This document shows, piece by piece, positions 50,912 through 63,418 of a stretch of DNA of 64,000 nt (within the stretch, counting starts at the first letter, position 1; every line of letters starts with the position of its first letter). Under the pieces are notes generated by a model. The model searched no databases, had not been told where the DNA came from, and saw nothing but the letters and a program-made list of their open reading frames with translations. The position numbers and the translations under genes are program-made. The stretch is from Flavobacteriaceae bacterium (GTDB taxonomy: Bacteria; Bacteroidota; Bacteroidia; Flavobacteriales; Flavobacteriaceae), in NCBI GenBank assembly GCA_021647985.1, contig JAKITQ010000004.1:24975-88974 (forward strand). Reading direction: 5' to 3'.

Positions 50912-51691
50912 TTATAAATCGTTTGCATTAGCAATCAATTCAGCAATATCTAATACTTTAATTTCTGATTCTTTTTCTTTATGCTTTATTCCATCGGTCA
51001 TCATAGTATTACAAAACGGACAACCTGTTGCAATAATGTTGGGAGCCACCTCTAAGGCTTCTTCTGTACGCTCAATAAATATTTCTTTATCTCCATTTTC
51101 AGCATCTTTAAACATTTGAGCCCCACCAGCACCACAACACAAACCATTAGATTTGCACCTTTTCATCTCGATCAATTCCACCTCTAATTTACGAATTATT
51201 TCTCTAGGAGCTTCATAAACATTATTTGCTCTGCCTAAATAACAAGGATCGTGGAAAGTAATGCGTTTGCCAGAATATTTTCCTCCTTCAATAGTTATTT
51301 TTCCCTCTTCCAATAAAGCGTTTATAAACTGCGTATGGTGCATTACTTCGTAATTTCCACCCAGTTCAGGATATTCATTTTTTATGGTATTATAACAATG
51401 TGGGCATGCAGTCACTATTTTCTTTACTTCATATGCGTTTAACACTTCAATATTTGAAATGGCCTGCATTTGAAATAAAAACTCATTTCCCGCTCTTTTT
51501 GCCGGATCTCCAGAACAACTTTCTTCAGTTCCTAAAACGGCAAATGACACTTTAGCCTTGTGTAATATTTTAACCAAAGCTTTGGTAATTTTTTTTGCTC
51601 TATCATCAAAACTTCCTGCACAACCAACCCAAAATAAAACCTCGGGAGCCTTACCTTCTGCCACCATTTCAGCCATTGTTGGTACTTTCAT
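50912..51691 (-). CDS. CCG-domain Fe-S oxidoreductase subunit
   Basis: WVGC, CSG, ACPHC, HDPCYLGR, CCGAGG, CPFC. Confidence 0.9.
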   Translation of the reverse strand: MKVPTMAEMVAEGKAPEVLFWVGCAGSFDDRAKKITKALVKILHKAKVSFAVLGTEESCSGDPAKRAGNEFLFQMQAISNIEVLNAYEVKKIVTACPHCYNTIKNEYPELGGNYEVMHHTQFINALLEEGKITIEGGKYSGKRITFHDPCYLGRANNVYEAPREIIRKLEVELIEMKRCKSNGLCCGAGGAQMFKDAENGDKEIFIERTEEALEVAPNIIATGCPFCNTMMTDGIKHKEKESEIKVLDIAELIANANDL

Positions 51692-51778
51692 ATTTTTATA
51701 TTTAATGATCTAATAGTTTAATTAATGTTCTATAACAATTTGTTATTGAACTACATATCGTTTATTCATTTCTATAGA

Positions 51779-53110
51779 TTACTCATCTTTCCAATTCAAT
51801 CTATCCATTTGGTTATATTGCCAAGGTGCACCATTATTTTCAATATTGGTCATCATCATATTTAACTCTTGTGGTGCTGATGATTTTTCCATAACCAAGT
51901 ATCTTCTTAGGTCTATAATAATTGATAAAGGGTCTATATTTACAGGGCATTCTGTAACACATGCGTTACAACTGGTACAGGCCCAAATTTCTTCATTGCT
52001 AATTGTTGTTAATAGAGATTTATTATCTCCTTCTTCCCTAAAAGCCTCAACACTTGTATCATCTATTATTTTACTTACTTCCTCTAATCTATCTCGAGTT
52101 TTCATCATAATAGCTCTCGGCGAAAGCTCTTTACCTGTTTGACTTGCAGGACACACAGATGTGCACCTTCCACATTCTGTACAGGTATAAGCATTCATCA
52201 GCTGCACCCACGACAAATCTGTAACATCACTAGCTCCAAATTTTTCTGGCAAATCACTATTATTACTTTCCTCAGGGGCGGCATAAGGATCAGCATCAGG
52301 ATCCATCATCATTTTTACCTCATCGGTAACAGATTGTAAATTATCAATCTTACCCTGAACATTCAAATTTGCATACCAAGTATTTGGAAAAGCTAATAAT
52401 ATATGTAAATGTTTTGAATAGTATAAATAATTCAAAAAGATAAATATTCCAGTAATATGTATCCACCAAGCACCTCTTTCTATATAAAACAGCACCAGTT
52501 CGTTTTGTGGTAATAATACTGCAATATATTGGCTAACAGGAAAACTTCCTGCATTTACATAATGAATTGCTCCCATTTGTTGCAAACTATAATCTGCCGC
52601 ATTCATAATTAAAAACAGTGACATCAATACCATTTCGAAATACAAAATGTTCAAGGCATCATTTTTGGGCCATGATGTCATTTCTTTGTTCCAAAACCTT
52701 GGGATTCTTAGAAGTATTCTTCTTATCCAAAAAATTATTACCGAAATCAATACTAAAAAAGCAAGAATTTCAAAAGAACCAATTAAGAAATCATAAAGAC
52801 CTCCAGCAATGGAAAACACGCGATGCGTACCCAACAAGCCATCAATAATAATTTCTAAAACTTCAATATTGATAATGATAAAACCGATGTAAACAACTAA
52901 ATGAAGCAAACCAGACACTGGCCTGCGCACCATTTTAGATTGCCCTAAAGCAATGTTGATCATGTTTTTCCATCGCTCTGACGGATTATCACTTCTATCA
53001 ACATCTTTACCCAGTTTAATGTTTCTGATAAGTTTTTTAACATTTCTAGAAAAAAAACCAATCCCAACAAATAAGAGAATTGCAAAAAGAATATTTGGAA
53101 TGTAAGACAT
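51779..53110 (-). CDS. Membrane-bound 4Fe-4S dicluster oxidoreductase subunit (FadF-like N-terminal part)
   Basis: TM region, SKHLH, CTECGRCTSVCP and CTSCNACVTECP. Confidence 0.9.
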   Translation of the reverse strand: MSYIPNILFAILLFVGIGFFSRNVKKLIRNIKLGKDVDRSDNPSERWKNMINIALGQSKMVRRPVSGLLHLVVYIGFIIINIEVLEIIIDGLLGTHRVFSIAGGLYDFLIGSFEILAFLVLISVIIFWIRRILLRIPRFWNKEMTSWPKNDALNILYFEMVLMSLFLIMNAADYSLQQMGAIHYVNAGSFPVSQYIAVLLPQNELVLFYIERGAWWIHITGIFIFLNYLYYSKHLHILLAFPNTWYANLNVQGKIDNLQSVTDEVKMMMDPDADPYAAPEESNNSDLPEKFGASDVTDLSWVQLMNAYTCTECGRCTSVCPASQTGKELSPRAIMMKTRDRLEEVSKIIDDTSVEAFREEGDNKSLLTTISNEEIWACTSCNACVTECPVNIDPLSIIIDLRRYLVMEKSSAPQELNMMMTNIENNGAPWQYNQMDRLNWKDE

Positions 53111-53223
53111 GTAATTTTCTATCTATAAGTTACCCTTTAAAATTAATCTTTTTATGCTAAAATATTGAAGTAAATTTAAAAAAAAATAAAGTTTGTTAAA
53201 CACTTTTTATCAGAAGTTATCAA

Positions 53224-54171
53224 CTACTCTTTTATACTTTCTTCGTATGGTTTTTCTTTTTTACCAAACATAGAAATATGTACAAATCGTTTTGGGTGCA
53301 ATTTTACTTCTCTTAATAATTCTTCCAGCTCTTTGGTTGCTCCTTCTAAATTATTGTATAATGCATCGTCTACCATTAATTTACCAATGGTACCATGGCC
53401 ACTTTTAATACTATCTAAAATAACACTAAAACTTTCTAGAGACTGTTTTAGTTTATGTAAGGTTGCTCCTATATCAGCCTTTTGTATAGAATCAGTTATT
53501 TGGGTGAAGTTTTGCATGGCTAAATTAGCATTGCTTAAAATGCTATCCATCTTCAATTTATTATTTTCAATTATTGCATCGGTATTGGTAGCAATATTAT
53601 TGAATTTACTAAGTGTTAAACTCAAACTTTGCAATGATTTTTTAATATTTTGTTGATTTTGAGCATTTAAAACTTCGTTTAAGTTTTGCATGACAGAGTC
53701 TGTATTTACCACAAAACTTTCAACTTTTGATTGTAAAGGGGCGATTTGTTCGTTAATCATACCTAATATACCTGAATCAATTTCACCTTGCAAAGTGTCT
53801 CCGTCAATAGCATTTTCTTCATCATCAATAGCCAATTGAATTTTCAATGATTTACCACTTATAAAATCGGGACTATATATTTGTGCGACACTATTTTTAG
53901 AAAATTGAACATCATTGGTCATGAGAATATGTGCAACTAGTATTCCTTTTTTATAAGGATGAAAAGTGATTTTAACAACTTTACCTACTCGAAGTCCATT
54001 TATAGTCACAGGGCTTTTGGCAATTAAGCCTTGCACATTGCTATATTCGGCATAAAATATTCTTGTTTTTTCATATAGGCTTTTGTTTTTAATAAAATTA
54101 AAACCCCATATAGAAAGTGATATTATGGCCAAAGCGACAATACCTGTTTTAAGTTCTCTAGACACTTTCAA
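53224..54171 (-). CDS. MlaD/MCE family protein
   Basis: N-terminal TM, GL...SPVTING..VG.V MCE motif, helical C-terminus ending P.RFVH.S.FG. Confidence 0.88.
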   Translation of the reverse strand: MKVSRELKTGIVALAIISLSIWGFNFIKNKSLYEKTRIFYAEYSNVQGLIAKSPVTINGLRVGKVVKITFHPYKKGILVAHILMTNDVQFSKNSVAQIYSPDFISGKSLKIQLAIDDEENAIDGDTLQGEIDSGILGMINEQIAPLQSKVESFVVNTDSVMQNLNEVLNAQNQQNIKKSLQSLSLTLSKFNNIATNTDAIIENNKLKMDSILSNANLAMQNFTQITDSIQKADIGATLHKLKQSLESFSVILDSIKSGHGTIGKLMVDDALYNNLEGATKELEELLREVKLHPKRFVHISMFGKKEKPYEESIKE

Positions 54172-54203
54172 ATTTTATGATTTAAGTATAACAATATTAC
54201 TAA

Positions 54204-55322
54204 TTATTTTCGAGATGATTTTAATAATTCTGAAACAGATATTTTTTTCTCATTTTTATAAGCAATTACAAAGGCAGAAGGGAAGCCTTTTTTTCTTGCT
54301 TGTTTTTGAACTTCTAATATCTTATCATAATTGGAGGTCAATCCATAATAATACTTATACTGTTTCCCTACTTTTAATCTTTCTACATCTTTTAAACCCT
54401 TAAAATTATATGATTTTAAAGCTAACTTTTTTGTGCTTGATGCAATTTGCACTTTAAAATCAACCTCTTTAAATATTCTATCCACCGTTTCAATTACTTC
54501 AGGTATCAAATCAGGTATTTCTTCCACCACTCTATTTTCATCCAAATGTTTCTTATAGTCAATAACAGCAGTATAAATAGCTTTGGCAAATTTTTCTTGT
54601 CCGCTTTTAGAATTTAAAAAAGCACCTTCATCTTTATTGGTTATAAAACCTGTTTCAATCAATACACTAGGCATATATGTTTGATGCAAAACTACAAAGC
54701 CAGCCTGTTTTACACCACGATTTTTTCTTTTTAAATTATTTGTGAATTTTGATTGTATATTACTGGCTAAAAGCAAACTTTCATCCAAATATTCTTCTTG
54801 CATTAACGTAAGTCCTATTACCGCTTCTGGTGAATTAGGGTCAAATCCCGCATATTTTTCCTTATAATTATCCTCTAAAAAAATTACTGAATTCTCTTGT
54901 TTTGCCACCTCAAAATTACGCTGATTGGCATGTAAACCTAACACATAAGTTTCCGATCCAAAGGCTTGTGTATGATGTGCATTACAATGTACCGATACAA
55001 ATAAATCAGCACTAGCATCATTGGCAATTTTGCCTCTTTCATTTAACTCAATAAAAACGTCTTTATTTCTTGTATAAATAACGTTTATATTTTTATTCTT
55101 ACTTAATAATTTACCGGTCATCAAAACAATATTCAAAGCAATATTCTTTTCAAAATATTTTCCGCTATGCTTTCCTGGGTCTTTACCTCCATGCCCTGCA
55201 TCTAAAACTATTGTAAATTGTTCTTGAGCGAATGATTTATAAGGATTAGCTGATATAAAAATTATAAGCAGTAAAAAAAGAACACTTCGCAAATTCCATA
55301 TTTTTATCATTGGTGTTTTCAT
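54204..55322 (-). CDS. N-acetylmuramoyl-L-alanine amidase (Amidase_3)
   Basis: LDAGHGGKDPG, EK, SVHCN, PSVLIETGF. Confidence 0.93.
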   Translation of the reverse strand: MKTPMIKIWNLRSVLFLLLIIFISANPYKSFAQEQFTIVLDAGHGGKDPGKHSGKYFEKNIALNIVLMTGKLLSKNKNINVIYTRNKDVFIELNERGKIANDASADLFVSVHCNAHHTQAFGSETYVLGLHANQRNFEVAKQENSVIFLEDNYKEKYAGFDPNSPEAVIGLTLMQEEYLDESLLLASNIQSKFTNNLKRKNRGVKQAGFVVLHQTYMPSVLIETGFITNKDEGAFLNSKSGQEKFAKAIYTAVIDYKKHLDENRVVEEIPDLIPEVIETVDRIFKEVDFKVQIASSTKKLALKSYNFKGLKDVERLKVGKQYKYYYGLTSNYDKILEVQKQARKKGFPSAFVIAYKNEKKISVSELLKSSRK

Positions 55323-55378
55323 TGAATTTAAACCTCTACAAATTCTAATTTTAATTTAGACCACTTAAAAAATATATG

Positions 55379-55386
55379 TAAGTTTG
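55379..55386 (+). promoter_or_regulatory. Bacteroidota -7 promoter element TAAGTTTG
   Basis: Matches TAnnTTTG about 47 bp upstream of the lptD-like start. Confidence 0.55.
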
Positions 55387-55433
55387 TAAATTAAAAATTA
55401 GGTCATTTTTTTACAAAAATACTATTTATAGCG

Positions 55434-58118
55434 TTGTATACAAATTTAAGATACATAGTTTTCTTCTTAATATTTTTTTGTTTTGGAATTAATTCGAGTT
55501 TTGCTCAAATTGATAAAAATGAAACTAGTATTAGCACTCGAAATATTCCATTAGACAGTCTAAAGATTATTAAGAAAATTGATTTAAATCTTTCTCTAAT
55601 TGATTTAAATCTTTCTCAAAAAGACACCACCAAAACTGATAGTGTAAAAATTACTCCTGAGTTTTTAGAGGATAATATTAGGCACAAGGCAAAAGACTAT
55701 ATTTCAAACGACTTTATCAATCAAACAGCTGAATTGTACAACGAAGCTGAATTATACTATCAAGATATTGAACTTAAAGCGGGTAAAATTATTATTGATT
55801 ATAAAAATAGCCTTGCCTATGCAACAGGTATTTACGATACCTTAGGAGAATATATACAAAAGCCCGAGTTTAAACAAGGAACTCAACAATCTGTTCAAGA
55901 TTCATTGATTTACAATTTTAAAAGTGAAAAAGCCATAATTTATCACTCAAGAACCGAGCAGCAAGGGCTTTTCATTACAGGAGATATAACTAAAAAAGAA
56001 AATGATAGCACTTTTTATATCAATAAAGCTAAATTCACTACTTCTGAAAAAGAAAAGCCTGATTACTATATACGAACTTCTAATATAAAAGTTGTACCCA
56101 ATAGTAAAATTGTTGGTGGACTTAGTAATTTAGTTATTGCCGATGTTCCCACACCTTTAATTTTACCGTTTTTTTATGCCCCAATTACCAAGGGTAGAGC
56201 ATCTGGGTTTCTAATTCCAACTTGGGGTGAAAATAATAACCAAGGTTTTTTCTTACAAAATGGGGGTTACTATTTTGCCATAAACGATTATGTTGACTTA
56301 GCCGTTCTAGCAGATATTTACACTAATGGTAGCTGGGGTATTAGAACAGAATCTAATTATTCATTGCGATATAAGTACACAGGTAATTTTAATTTTCGTT
56401 ATGAAAACTTGATCAATAGCGAAAGAGGATTCCCAGATTTTAGCAAATCAACTAACTTTTTTGTTAGGTGGACACACAGCCAGTCTTCTCAATCGAATCC
56501 TAATTCTCGTTTTTCGGCATCAGTGAATTTTGGTAGTAGCAACTTTTTTACAGAATCAATAAATGAATTGAGTTCCCCTGAATATTTAGTAAATACCTTT
56601 AATTCATCTGTATCCTATTTTAAGAAATTCGTTGACACTCCTTTTAACATGAACGCCTCTTTTACGCATACTCAAAATACCAATACAGAAAGGATTGATA
56701 TGAATTTGCCATCATTAAATGTAAATATGGATCGAATTTATCCTTTTGCTCCCAAAGTAGGTGCGAAAAAAAACCCAATTCAAAATCTTGGTCTTACGTA
56801 TACCATGACCGCTCAAAATAGAATTTCAACAACTGATGAAGAATTTGGCAAGCCTGAAATGTTTAAAAATGCCAAGTCGGGAATTAAACAAGACGCCTCT
56901 TTTGGAACCAATATGAAAATATTTAAATATATAACTATTTCTCCTAATGCCAATTACTCAGAAGTTTGGGATTTTAAAACAATTGACATAAACTGGGATG
57001 ATGATTTAGAAGATGTGGTTACCGATACCATCAATGGTTTTGATTCCTATAGAGAATATGCTGCAAATGTATCTGCTTCTACAACGTTTTATGGTATGGT
57101 TAATTTTAAAAAAGGTCGATTACAAGCATTGCGTCATGTAGTAAGACCATCAATATCCTATAACTACCGACCAGATTTTAATCAATATTACGATGAGTAT
57201 CAAGCCAGTTTAGACCCAAGAGATCTAAAGGAGTTTTCAAGGTTTCAAAATGGCGTTTATGGTGCCCCCTCTATGGGTTTGAATAGTAGTGTGAGTTTTT
57301 CTGTCAACAATACTCTTGAAGCAAAAATTGCTTCAAAAGAAGGAGATGAAAATGAGGATGAAGAAAAATTTACGAAATTAAATATATTAAATAATTTAAA
57401 TTTTTCCACCAATTACAATATGGCACTTGATTCTATGCAATGGAGTCCGCTAAGAATGAATGCAGGTACTGTACTGTTTAAAAACAAATTAAATATTAAT
57501 CTAAATGCAACAATGGATCCCTATGCCCTTAATGCAAACGGCACCAGAATTAATAAATTTAACATAAATAATGGCGGTAGCTTATTTAGACTAACTAATG
57601 CTAATTTATCTTCAAATTATTCGATTTCTAGCAAGGATTTTGGTAAAAATAAGGATAGTAACTCTGGAAAAACTGGAAATAGAAATTCAACTGGTGATAA
57701 TTTATTTGGTGAAAGCCTCACTTACAAAGAACAAAATTTAAATAAAGAAGATGACTCTAAAGTTGCAAAACTCTATCATGCTACCATGCCGTGGGATATT
57801 CGATTTAGATACGCATTGACATACAGCAATAACAGAGCTCAAAATACAATTTCTGCAAATTCCTTACAGGTTTCTGGAAATTTAGAATTTTCACCCAAAT
57901 GGCGAGTTGGAATTTCTTCAGGTTATGATTTTGAAAATAAAGGTATTACCTACACACAGCTTCGTTTTGAACGCGATCTTGATAGTTGGCGTTTTACTTT
58001 TAACTGGATTCCATTTGGTGATAGAGCTACTTATTATTTCTTTATTGGGATAAAATCTTCCGCTTTAAGTGATATAAAATACGATCAAAGACGCGTACCC
58101 GATAGAAGGCTTTTTTAA
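55434..58118 (+). CDS. lptD: Putative LPS-assembly outer-membrane protein (LptD-like)
   Basis: Signal peptide, OstA-like N-terminus, beta-barrel region GF.LQNGGYY..., RDL.SW...W.PFG; conserved synteny with the amidase and ridA. Confidence 0.8.
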   Translation: MYTNLRYIVFFLIFFCFGINSSFAQIDKNETSISTRNIPLDSLKIIKKIDLNLSLIDLNLSQKDTTKTDSVKITPEFLEDNIRHKAKDYISNDFINQTAELYNEAELYYQDIELKAGKIIIDYKNSLAYATGIYDTLGEYIQKPEFKQGTQQSVQDSLIYNFKSEKAIIYHSRTEQQGLFITGDITKKENDSTFYINKAKFTTSEKEKPDYYIRTSNIKVVPNSKIVGGLSNLVIADVPTPLILPFFYAPITKGRASGFLIPTWGENNNQGFFLQNGGYYFAINDYVDLAVLADIYTNGSWGIRTESNYSLRYKYTGNFNFRYENLINSERGFPDFSKSTNFFVRWTHSQSSQSNPNSRFSASVNFGSSNFFTESINELSSPEYLVNTFNSSVSYFKKFVDTPFNMNASFTHTQNTNTERIDMNLPSLNVNMDRIYPFAPKVGAKKNPIQNLGLTYTMTAQNRISTTDEEFGKPEMFKNAKSGIKQDASFGTNMKIFKYITISPNANYSEVWDFKTIDINWDDDLEDVVTDTINGFDSYREYAANVSASTTFYGMVNFKKGRLQALRHVVRPSISYNYRPDFNQYYDEYQASLDPRDLKEFSRFQNGVYGAPSMGLNSSVSFSVNNTLEAKIASKEGDENEDEEKFTKLNILNNLNFSTNYNMALDSMQWSPLRMNAGTVLFKNKLNINLNATMDPYALNANGTRINKFNINNGGSLFRLTNANLSSNYSISSKDFGKNKDSNSGKTGNRNSTGDNLFGESLTYKEQNLNKEDDSKVAKLYHATMPWDIRFRYALTYSNNRAQNTISANSLQVSGNLEFSPKWRVGISSGYDFENKGITYTQLRFERDLDSWRFTFNWIPFGDRATYYFFIGIKSSALSDIKYDQRRVPDRRLF

Positions 58119-58164
58119 TAATTGTAAATTTACCCGAAACCAATCTAATTTAAACATCTCGCTT

Positions 58165-58545
58165 ATGAAAAAAATAATAGAAACAAAAGATGCTCCTGCA
58201 CCTATTGGTCCATATAGCCAGGCTGTATTGATCAATAATACTTTGTATACCTCTGGTCAGATTGCAATCAACCCCTTAACTGCTGAGCTAAATGTAAGTA
58301 CCATAGAGATTGAAACTAAACAAGTTATGGATAATATAAAAGCTGTTTTAACTGCCGCAGAAATGAATTTTGACAACGTAATTAAAAGCTCTATTTTTAT
58401 AACTAACATGGACAATTTTGGCGCCATAAATAGCATCTATGGTTCTTATTTTAAGGAAAAAATTGCACCTGCAAGAGAAACGGTAGAGGTAGCCAAATTG
58501 CCAAAAAATGTAGATGTTGAAATTTCTGTTATCGCCATGAAGTAA
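58165..58545 (+). CDS. ridA: RidA family reactive-intermediate deaminase
   Basis: APAPIGPYSQA, SGQI, PARETVEV..LPK...VEI. Confidence 0.92.
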   Translation: MKKIIETKDAPAPIGPYSQAVLINNTLYTSGQIAINPLTAELNVSTIEIETKQVMDNIKAVLTAAEMNFDNVIKSSIFITNMDNFGAINSIYGSYFKEKIAPARETVEVAKLPKNVDVEISVIAMK

Positions 58546-58632
58546 AACTATAATTAAAACAAATATTATGATTTTTACTTCTACTTCTTTTGTGGCAATT
58601 TAAGTACCAACCTGATTAAAGAATAGATTAAG

Positions 58633-58683
58633 ACCGTTGCAAAACTGTTTTCTTACTTATTTAAGGTCATCTTTTGCAACGGT
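58633..58683. terminator. Probable bidirectional terminator between convergent genes
   Basis: Perfect 12-bp inverted repeat ACCGTTGCAAAA...TTTTGCAACGGT. Confidence 0.65.
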
Positions 58684-58757
58684 ATTAGATTGTGTAAATC
58701 AAACGAATACAAAAATTTAACAAATTATCGATGATTGTAAATTATGGTTCATTGACA

Positions 58758-59606
58758 TTAATTATCATTTGCATGTTGTTTCGCAAGATTTAAAATAGGA
58801 TGTCTAACTATTTTGCCCATTTGCAAATTATATTCATTTAAAACATCTACAATTTCATCTTGTAAAAAATGTGCAATGGAACCTACAAAATAGATAGGTG
58901 TTGTTTTGCTTTCTTCAAATTGTAAAATTTGATTTTCAACAAAAGACCGCAATCCGATTTTGATAATATTTTGTGCGTAATCGCTACTTTTATTCTCTAT
59001 TAAAAATCTACCTATTTGTGCTAAATAAGTATTAGGGTTCTTATTTTTATACAATTGTTCTTTAATTTCATCGGCGCTTAAATCATAAGAATTTGCAAAT
59101 TTATTCGCGTAATCTAGTGGCATTTTATTATAGTAAAAATCTCTAAGCAATTGTTTTCCATAATAATTACCACTGGCATCATCCATAACAATATAACCCA
59201 AAGAAACAATTTTTTGATACGTTTTTACTCCATCAAAGTAGCTACAGTTAGATCCGGTTCCTAAAATACAAACAACTGCAGGCTTATTTGTTTGTAAACA
59301 TTTTACAGCTGCAATAGTATCTTCAAAAATATTCACCTCAGCATTATTAAAAATTTCATTAAAAATTTCATATAAATATTTACGTGCCGTTGCCGTACCA
59401 CAACCAGCACCGTAAAAAAATATTTTTTTAACCTTGTCTTTTACTTCATACAATTCATTTTTTGAAATTATTCTTTTAACAAGTGTTTTTTTATCAAAAA
59501 CTGCAGGGTTTAACCCCTTTGTTTCTACTTTAAAAAAGGTTTCTCCCTTACTATTTAAGGCTATCCAACTGGTTTTTGTAGAACCACTATCTGCAACTAA
59601 TATCAT
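58758..59606 (-). CDS. BadF/BadG-type ATPase, N-acetylglucosamine kinase-like
   Basis: ADSGSTKT, GLNP, FYGAGC, ILGTGSNC, LGY..MDDASG, FVGSIA. Confidence 0.85.
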   Translation of the reverse strand: MILVADSGSTKTSWIALNSKGETFFKVETKGLNPAVFDKKTLVKRIISKNELYEVKDKVKKIFFYGAGCGTATARKYLYEIFNEIFNNAEVNIFEDTIAAVKCLQTNKPAVVCILGTGSNCSYFDGVKTYQKIVSLGYIVMDDASGNYYGKQLLRDFYYNKMPLDYANKFANSYDLSADEIKEQLYKNKNPNTYLAQIGRFLIENKSSDYAQNIIKIGLRSFVENQILQFEESKTTPIYFVGSIAHFLQDEIVDVLNEYNLQMGKIVRHPILNLAKQHANDN

Positions 59607-59714
59607 TTATCAAAATATTTAAGTCGTAAAAATAAAAAATGAAGTTTAAATAAAACTTATTTTTGTTATATTTTATCAAATTGTTAACAAATATTTAGTT
59701 TCTTTGAAAATAAT

Positions 59715-60137
59715 CTAATCATTTTCTAAGAAGGATAAAAGTGCCAGCTCATAACTTTGCATACCAAATCCAGCAATGATACCATAGGCATTTGGTGCGA
59801 TAAAAGATTGGTGTCTAAATTTTTCTCGCGCATACACATTGGATATATGCACCTCAACAACAGGTCTTTGTACTGATTTTATAGCATCTCCTATACCTAC
59901 AGATGTATGGGTATAAGCAGCAGCATTCAATATAATACCATCATAAGAAAATCCTTTTTCCTGAATTTTACTTATTAATTCTCCTTCAATATTTGATTGA
60001 AAATATTCTAATTCAATATTTGGATATTTCTTTTGAAGACCTTTAAAATATGCTTCAAAAGTTAAATTTCCATAGATACCGGGCTCTCTTTTACCTAGCA
60101 AATTTAAATTGGGTCCGTTAATAATTATTATTCTCAC
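59715..60137 (-). CDS. aroQ: Type II 3-dehydroquinate dehydratase
   Basis: INGPNLNLLGKREP.IYG, QSN.EG, THTS, EVHISN...RE.FRH.S. Confidence 0.96.
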   Translation of the reverse strand: MRIIIINGPNLNLLGKREPGIYGNLTFEAYFKGLQKKYPNIELEYFQSNIEGELISKIQEKGFSYDGIILNAAAYTHTSVGIGDAIKSVQRPVVEVHISNVYAREKFRHQSFIAPNAYGIIAGFGMQSYELALLSFLEND

Positions 60138-60275
60138 AAGCTTAATTTTATTATTCTTATTTTCGTTGTAACTTAGTTTGTTTAACTTAGGTTTTCAAAA
60201 ATACTATAATTTTAAATAAGGCCTTAATAAATTATTATTGAAATTCATTAATCATTAAAAATTTACTAATCAACT

Positions 60276-61172
60276 ATGCAATGGCGTCCTATTTTAAAAG
60301 ATTACCAGCATTATTTGCAAATTGAACGTGGCTTATCAATTAATTCTATTGTTAGCTACAGAAGTGATATAAAGAAATTAATAAAATTTATAGAGGTAAA
60401 TAAAATCAACCAAAACCCTGCAAACATAAATAACGAAACGATTCAGCAATTTATTTATGAAGTAGCAAAAGATATAAATGCTCGATCTCAAGCAAGATTA
60501 ATTTCAGGTTTGCGAAACTTTTTTGATTATTTAATATTCGAAGATTATCGTGACAATAATCCAACTGATTTATTGGAGTCTCCAAAAATAGGCAGAAAAT
60601 TACCCGATACTTTATCCGAAAAGGAAATTGATAGTATTATCGCTCAAATAGATTTAAGCAAACCCGAAGGGGAAAGAAACAGAGCTATGATTGAAATTTT
60701 GTATAGCTGCGGTTTGCGTGTAAGTGAAATGATAGGGTTAAAAATTTCAGATCTGTTCTTTGAAGAAAGTTTTATACGCGTATTAGGAAAAGGGAATAAA
60801 CAAAGGTTTGTGCCGATCAATGCCTATGTAGTAAAAAAAATAACACTATATAAAGATCTAGTTAGGGTAAAAATTAAAGTTCAAAAGGGTTATGAAGATA
60901 CCTTATTTTTAAATAGACGAGGCAAACAGATCTCTCGAAATATGGTATTTATGATTTTAAAGGATCTTGTAATAAAAGCAAACATTTATAAAAATGTAAG
61001 TCCCCATACATTACGGCATTCATTTGCTACCCATTTATTAGAAAATGGTGCTGACCTTCGTGCCATACAACAAATGTTAGGTCATGAAAGCATTACTACT
61101 ACTGAAATATATATGCATTTAGACAAAAGCCATTTAAAAAATGTTGTTGAAAAATTTCACCCTAGAAAATAA
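60276..61172 (+). CDS. xerD: Site-specific tyrosine recombinase XerD
   Basis: ERGLS.NS, GLRVSE, GKGNKQR, SPHTLRHSFATHLLENGADLR.IQ.MLGH..I.TTEIY. Confidence 0.88.
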   Translation: MQWRPILKDYQHYLQIERGLSINSIVSYRSDIKKLIKFIEVNKINQNPANINNETIQQFIYEVAKDINARSQARLISGLRNFFDYLIFEDYRDNNPTDLLESPKIGRKLPDTLSEKEIDSIIAQIDLSKPEGERNRAMIEILYSCGLRVSEMIGLKISDLFFEESFIRVLGKGNKQRFVPINAYVVKKITLYKDLVRVKIKVQKGYEDTLFLNRRGKQISRNMVFMILKDLVIKANIYKNVSPHTLRHSFATHLLENGADLRAIQQMLGHESITTTEIYMHLDKSHLKNVVEKFHPRK

Positions 61173-61231
61173 CTAAGCATACAAGTCTTCTACTTCAAAC
61201 TTTCATTTTAATTGGACTAACTGGCTAGTAA

Positions 61232-62860
<1,629 letters not shown>

Positions 62861-62872
62861 TTAAATTTTTTG

Positions 62873-62880
62873 CAAACTTA
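62873..62880 (-). promoter_or_regulatory. Bacteroidota -7 promoter element TAAGTTTG
   Basis: TAnnTTTG on the minus strand about 18 bp upstream of the ABC-F start. Confidence 0.6.
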
Positions 62881-63074
62881 CTTAAATAAGTTTTAATTTT
62901 AATATAAATCTTATCTTATTACAATATTTGACATCATTGTTGTCCTATTAAAATTTACAAGAATCCTAAAAAGCTATATATTACAGTTGATTGCGTGTTT
63001 TTTAAAAAAGTGACCTAGCTTTTCTGTTTTCAAATACACTATTGTTTTAAAAAATAATTATAATTTAAACCATT

Positions 63075-63225
63075 GTCTCTTCTTACTTCTTACTACTTGT
63101 TATTGGCTATACGCTATTGGCCTTTGGCTGTTGGCAACAAGAATCCAAGTAATTGGTATCAGGCACTTCTTACATACATTATCTAACTTTCAACTTTTCA
63201 ACTTTCTACTTACTTCTTACTTCGT
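63075..63225. repeat. Degenerate heptamer tandem-repeat tracts
   Basis: Units such as CTTCTTA, CTATTGG/CTGTTGG and ACTTTCA with ~7-bp periodicity in intergenic DNA. Confidence 0.55.
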
Positions 63226-63418
63226 TCAAAACAATAAAGTCTATATGCTTTGTTCTTAAAGCGGTCTTATATCTTTTATCGGACAAGGATTATTTGAATT
63301 ATTAAACTGTTACAATATATTATATACTCTTGATTGATGGATTAATTAACCTTTTTCAATCAACTTTTAACAACACGTTAACAAACCTAACCGAAGTATA
63401 TGTTTACATTTGTTTACC

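Noticed and set aside
60276-61172. Tyrosine recombinase as an island or prophage integrase
   Set aside because: Length and motifs fit housekeeping XerD; it lies among core genes with no att sites or phage genes.
63075-63225. CRISPR array or ncRNA
   Set aside because: Units are ~7 bp and degenerate, with no repeat-spacer structure and no cas genes.
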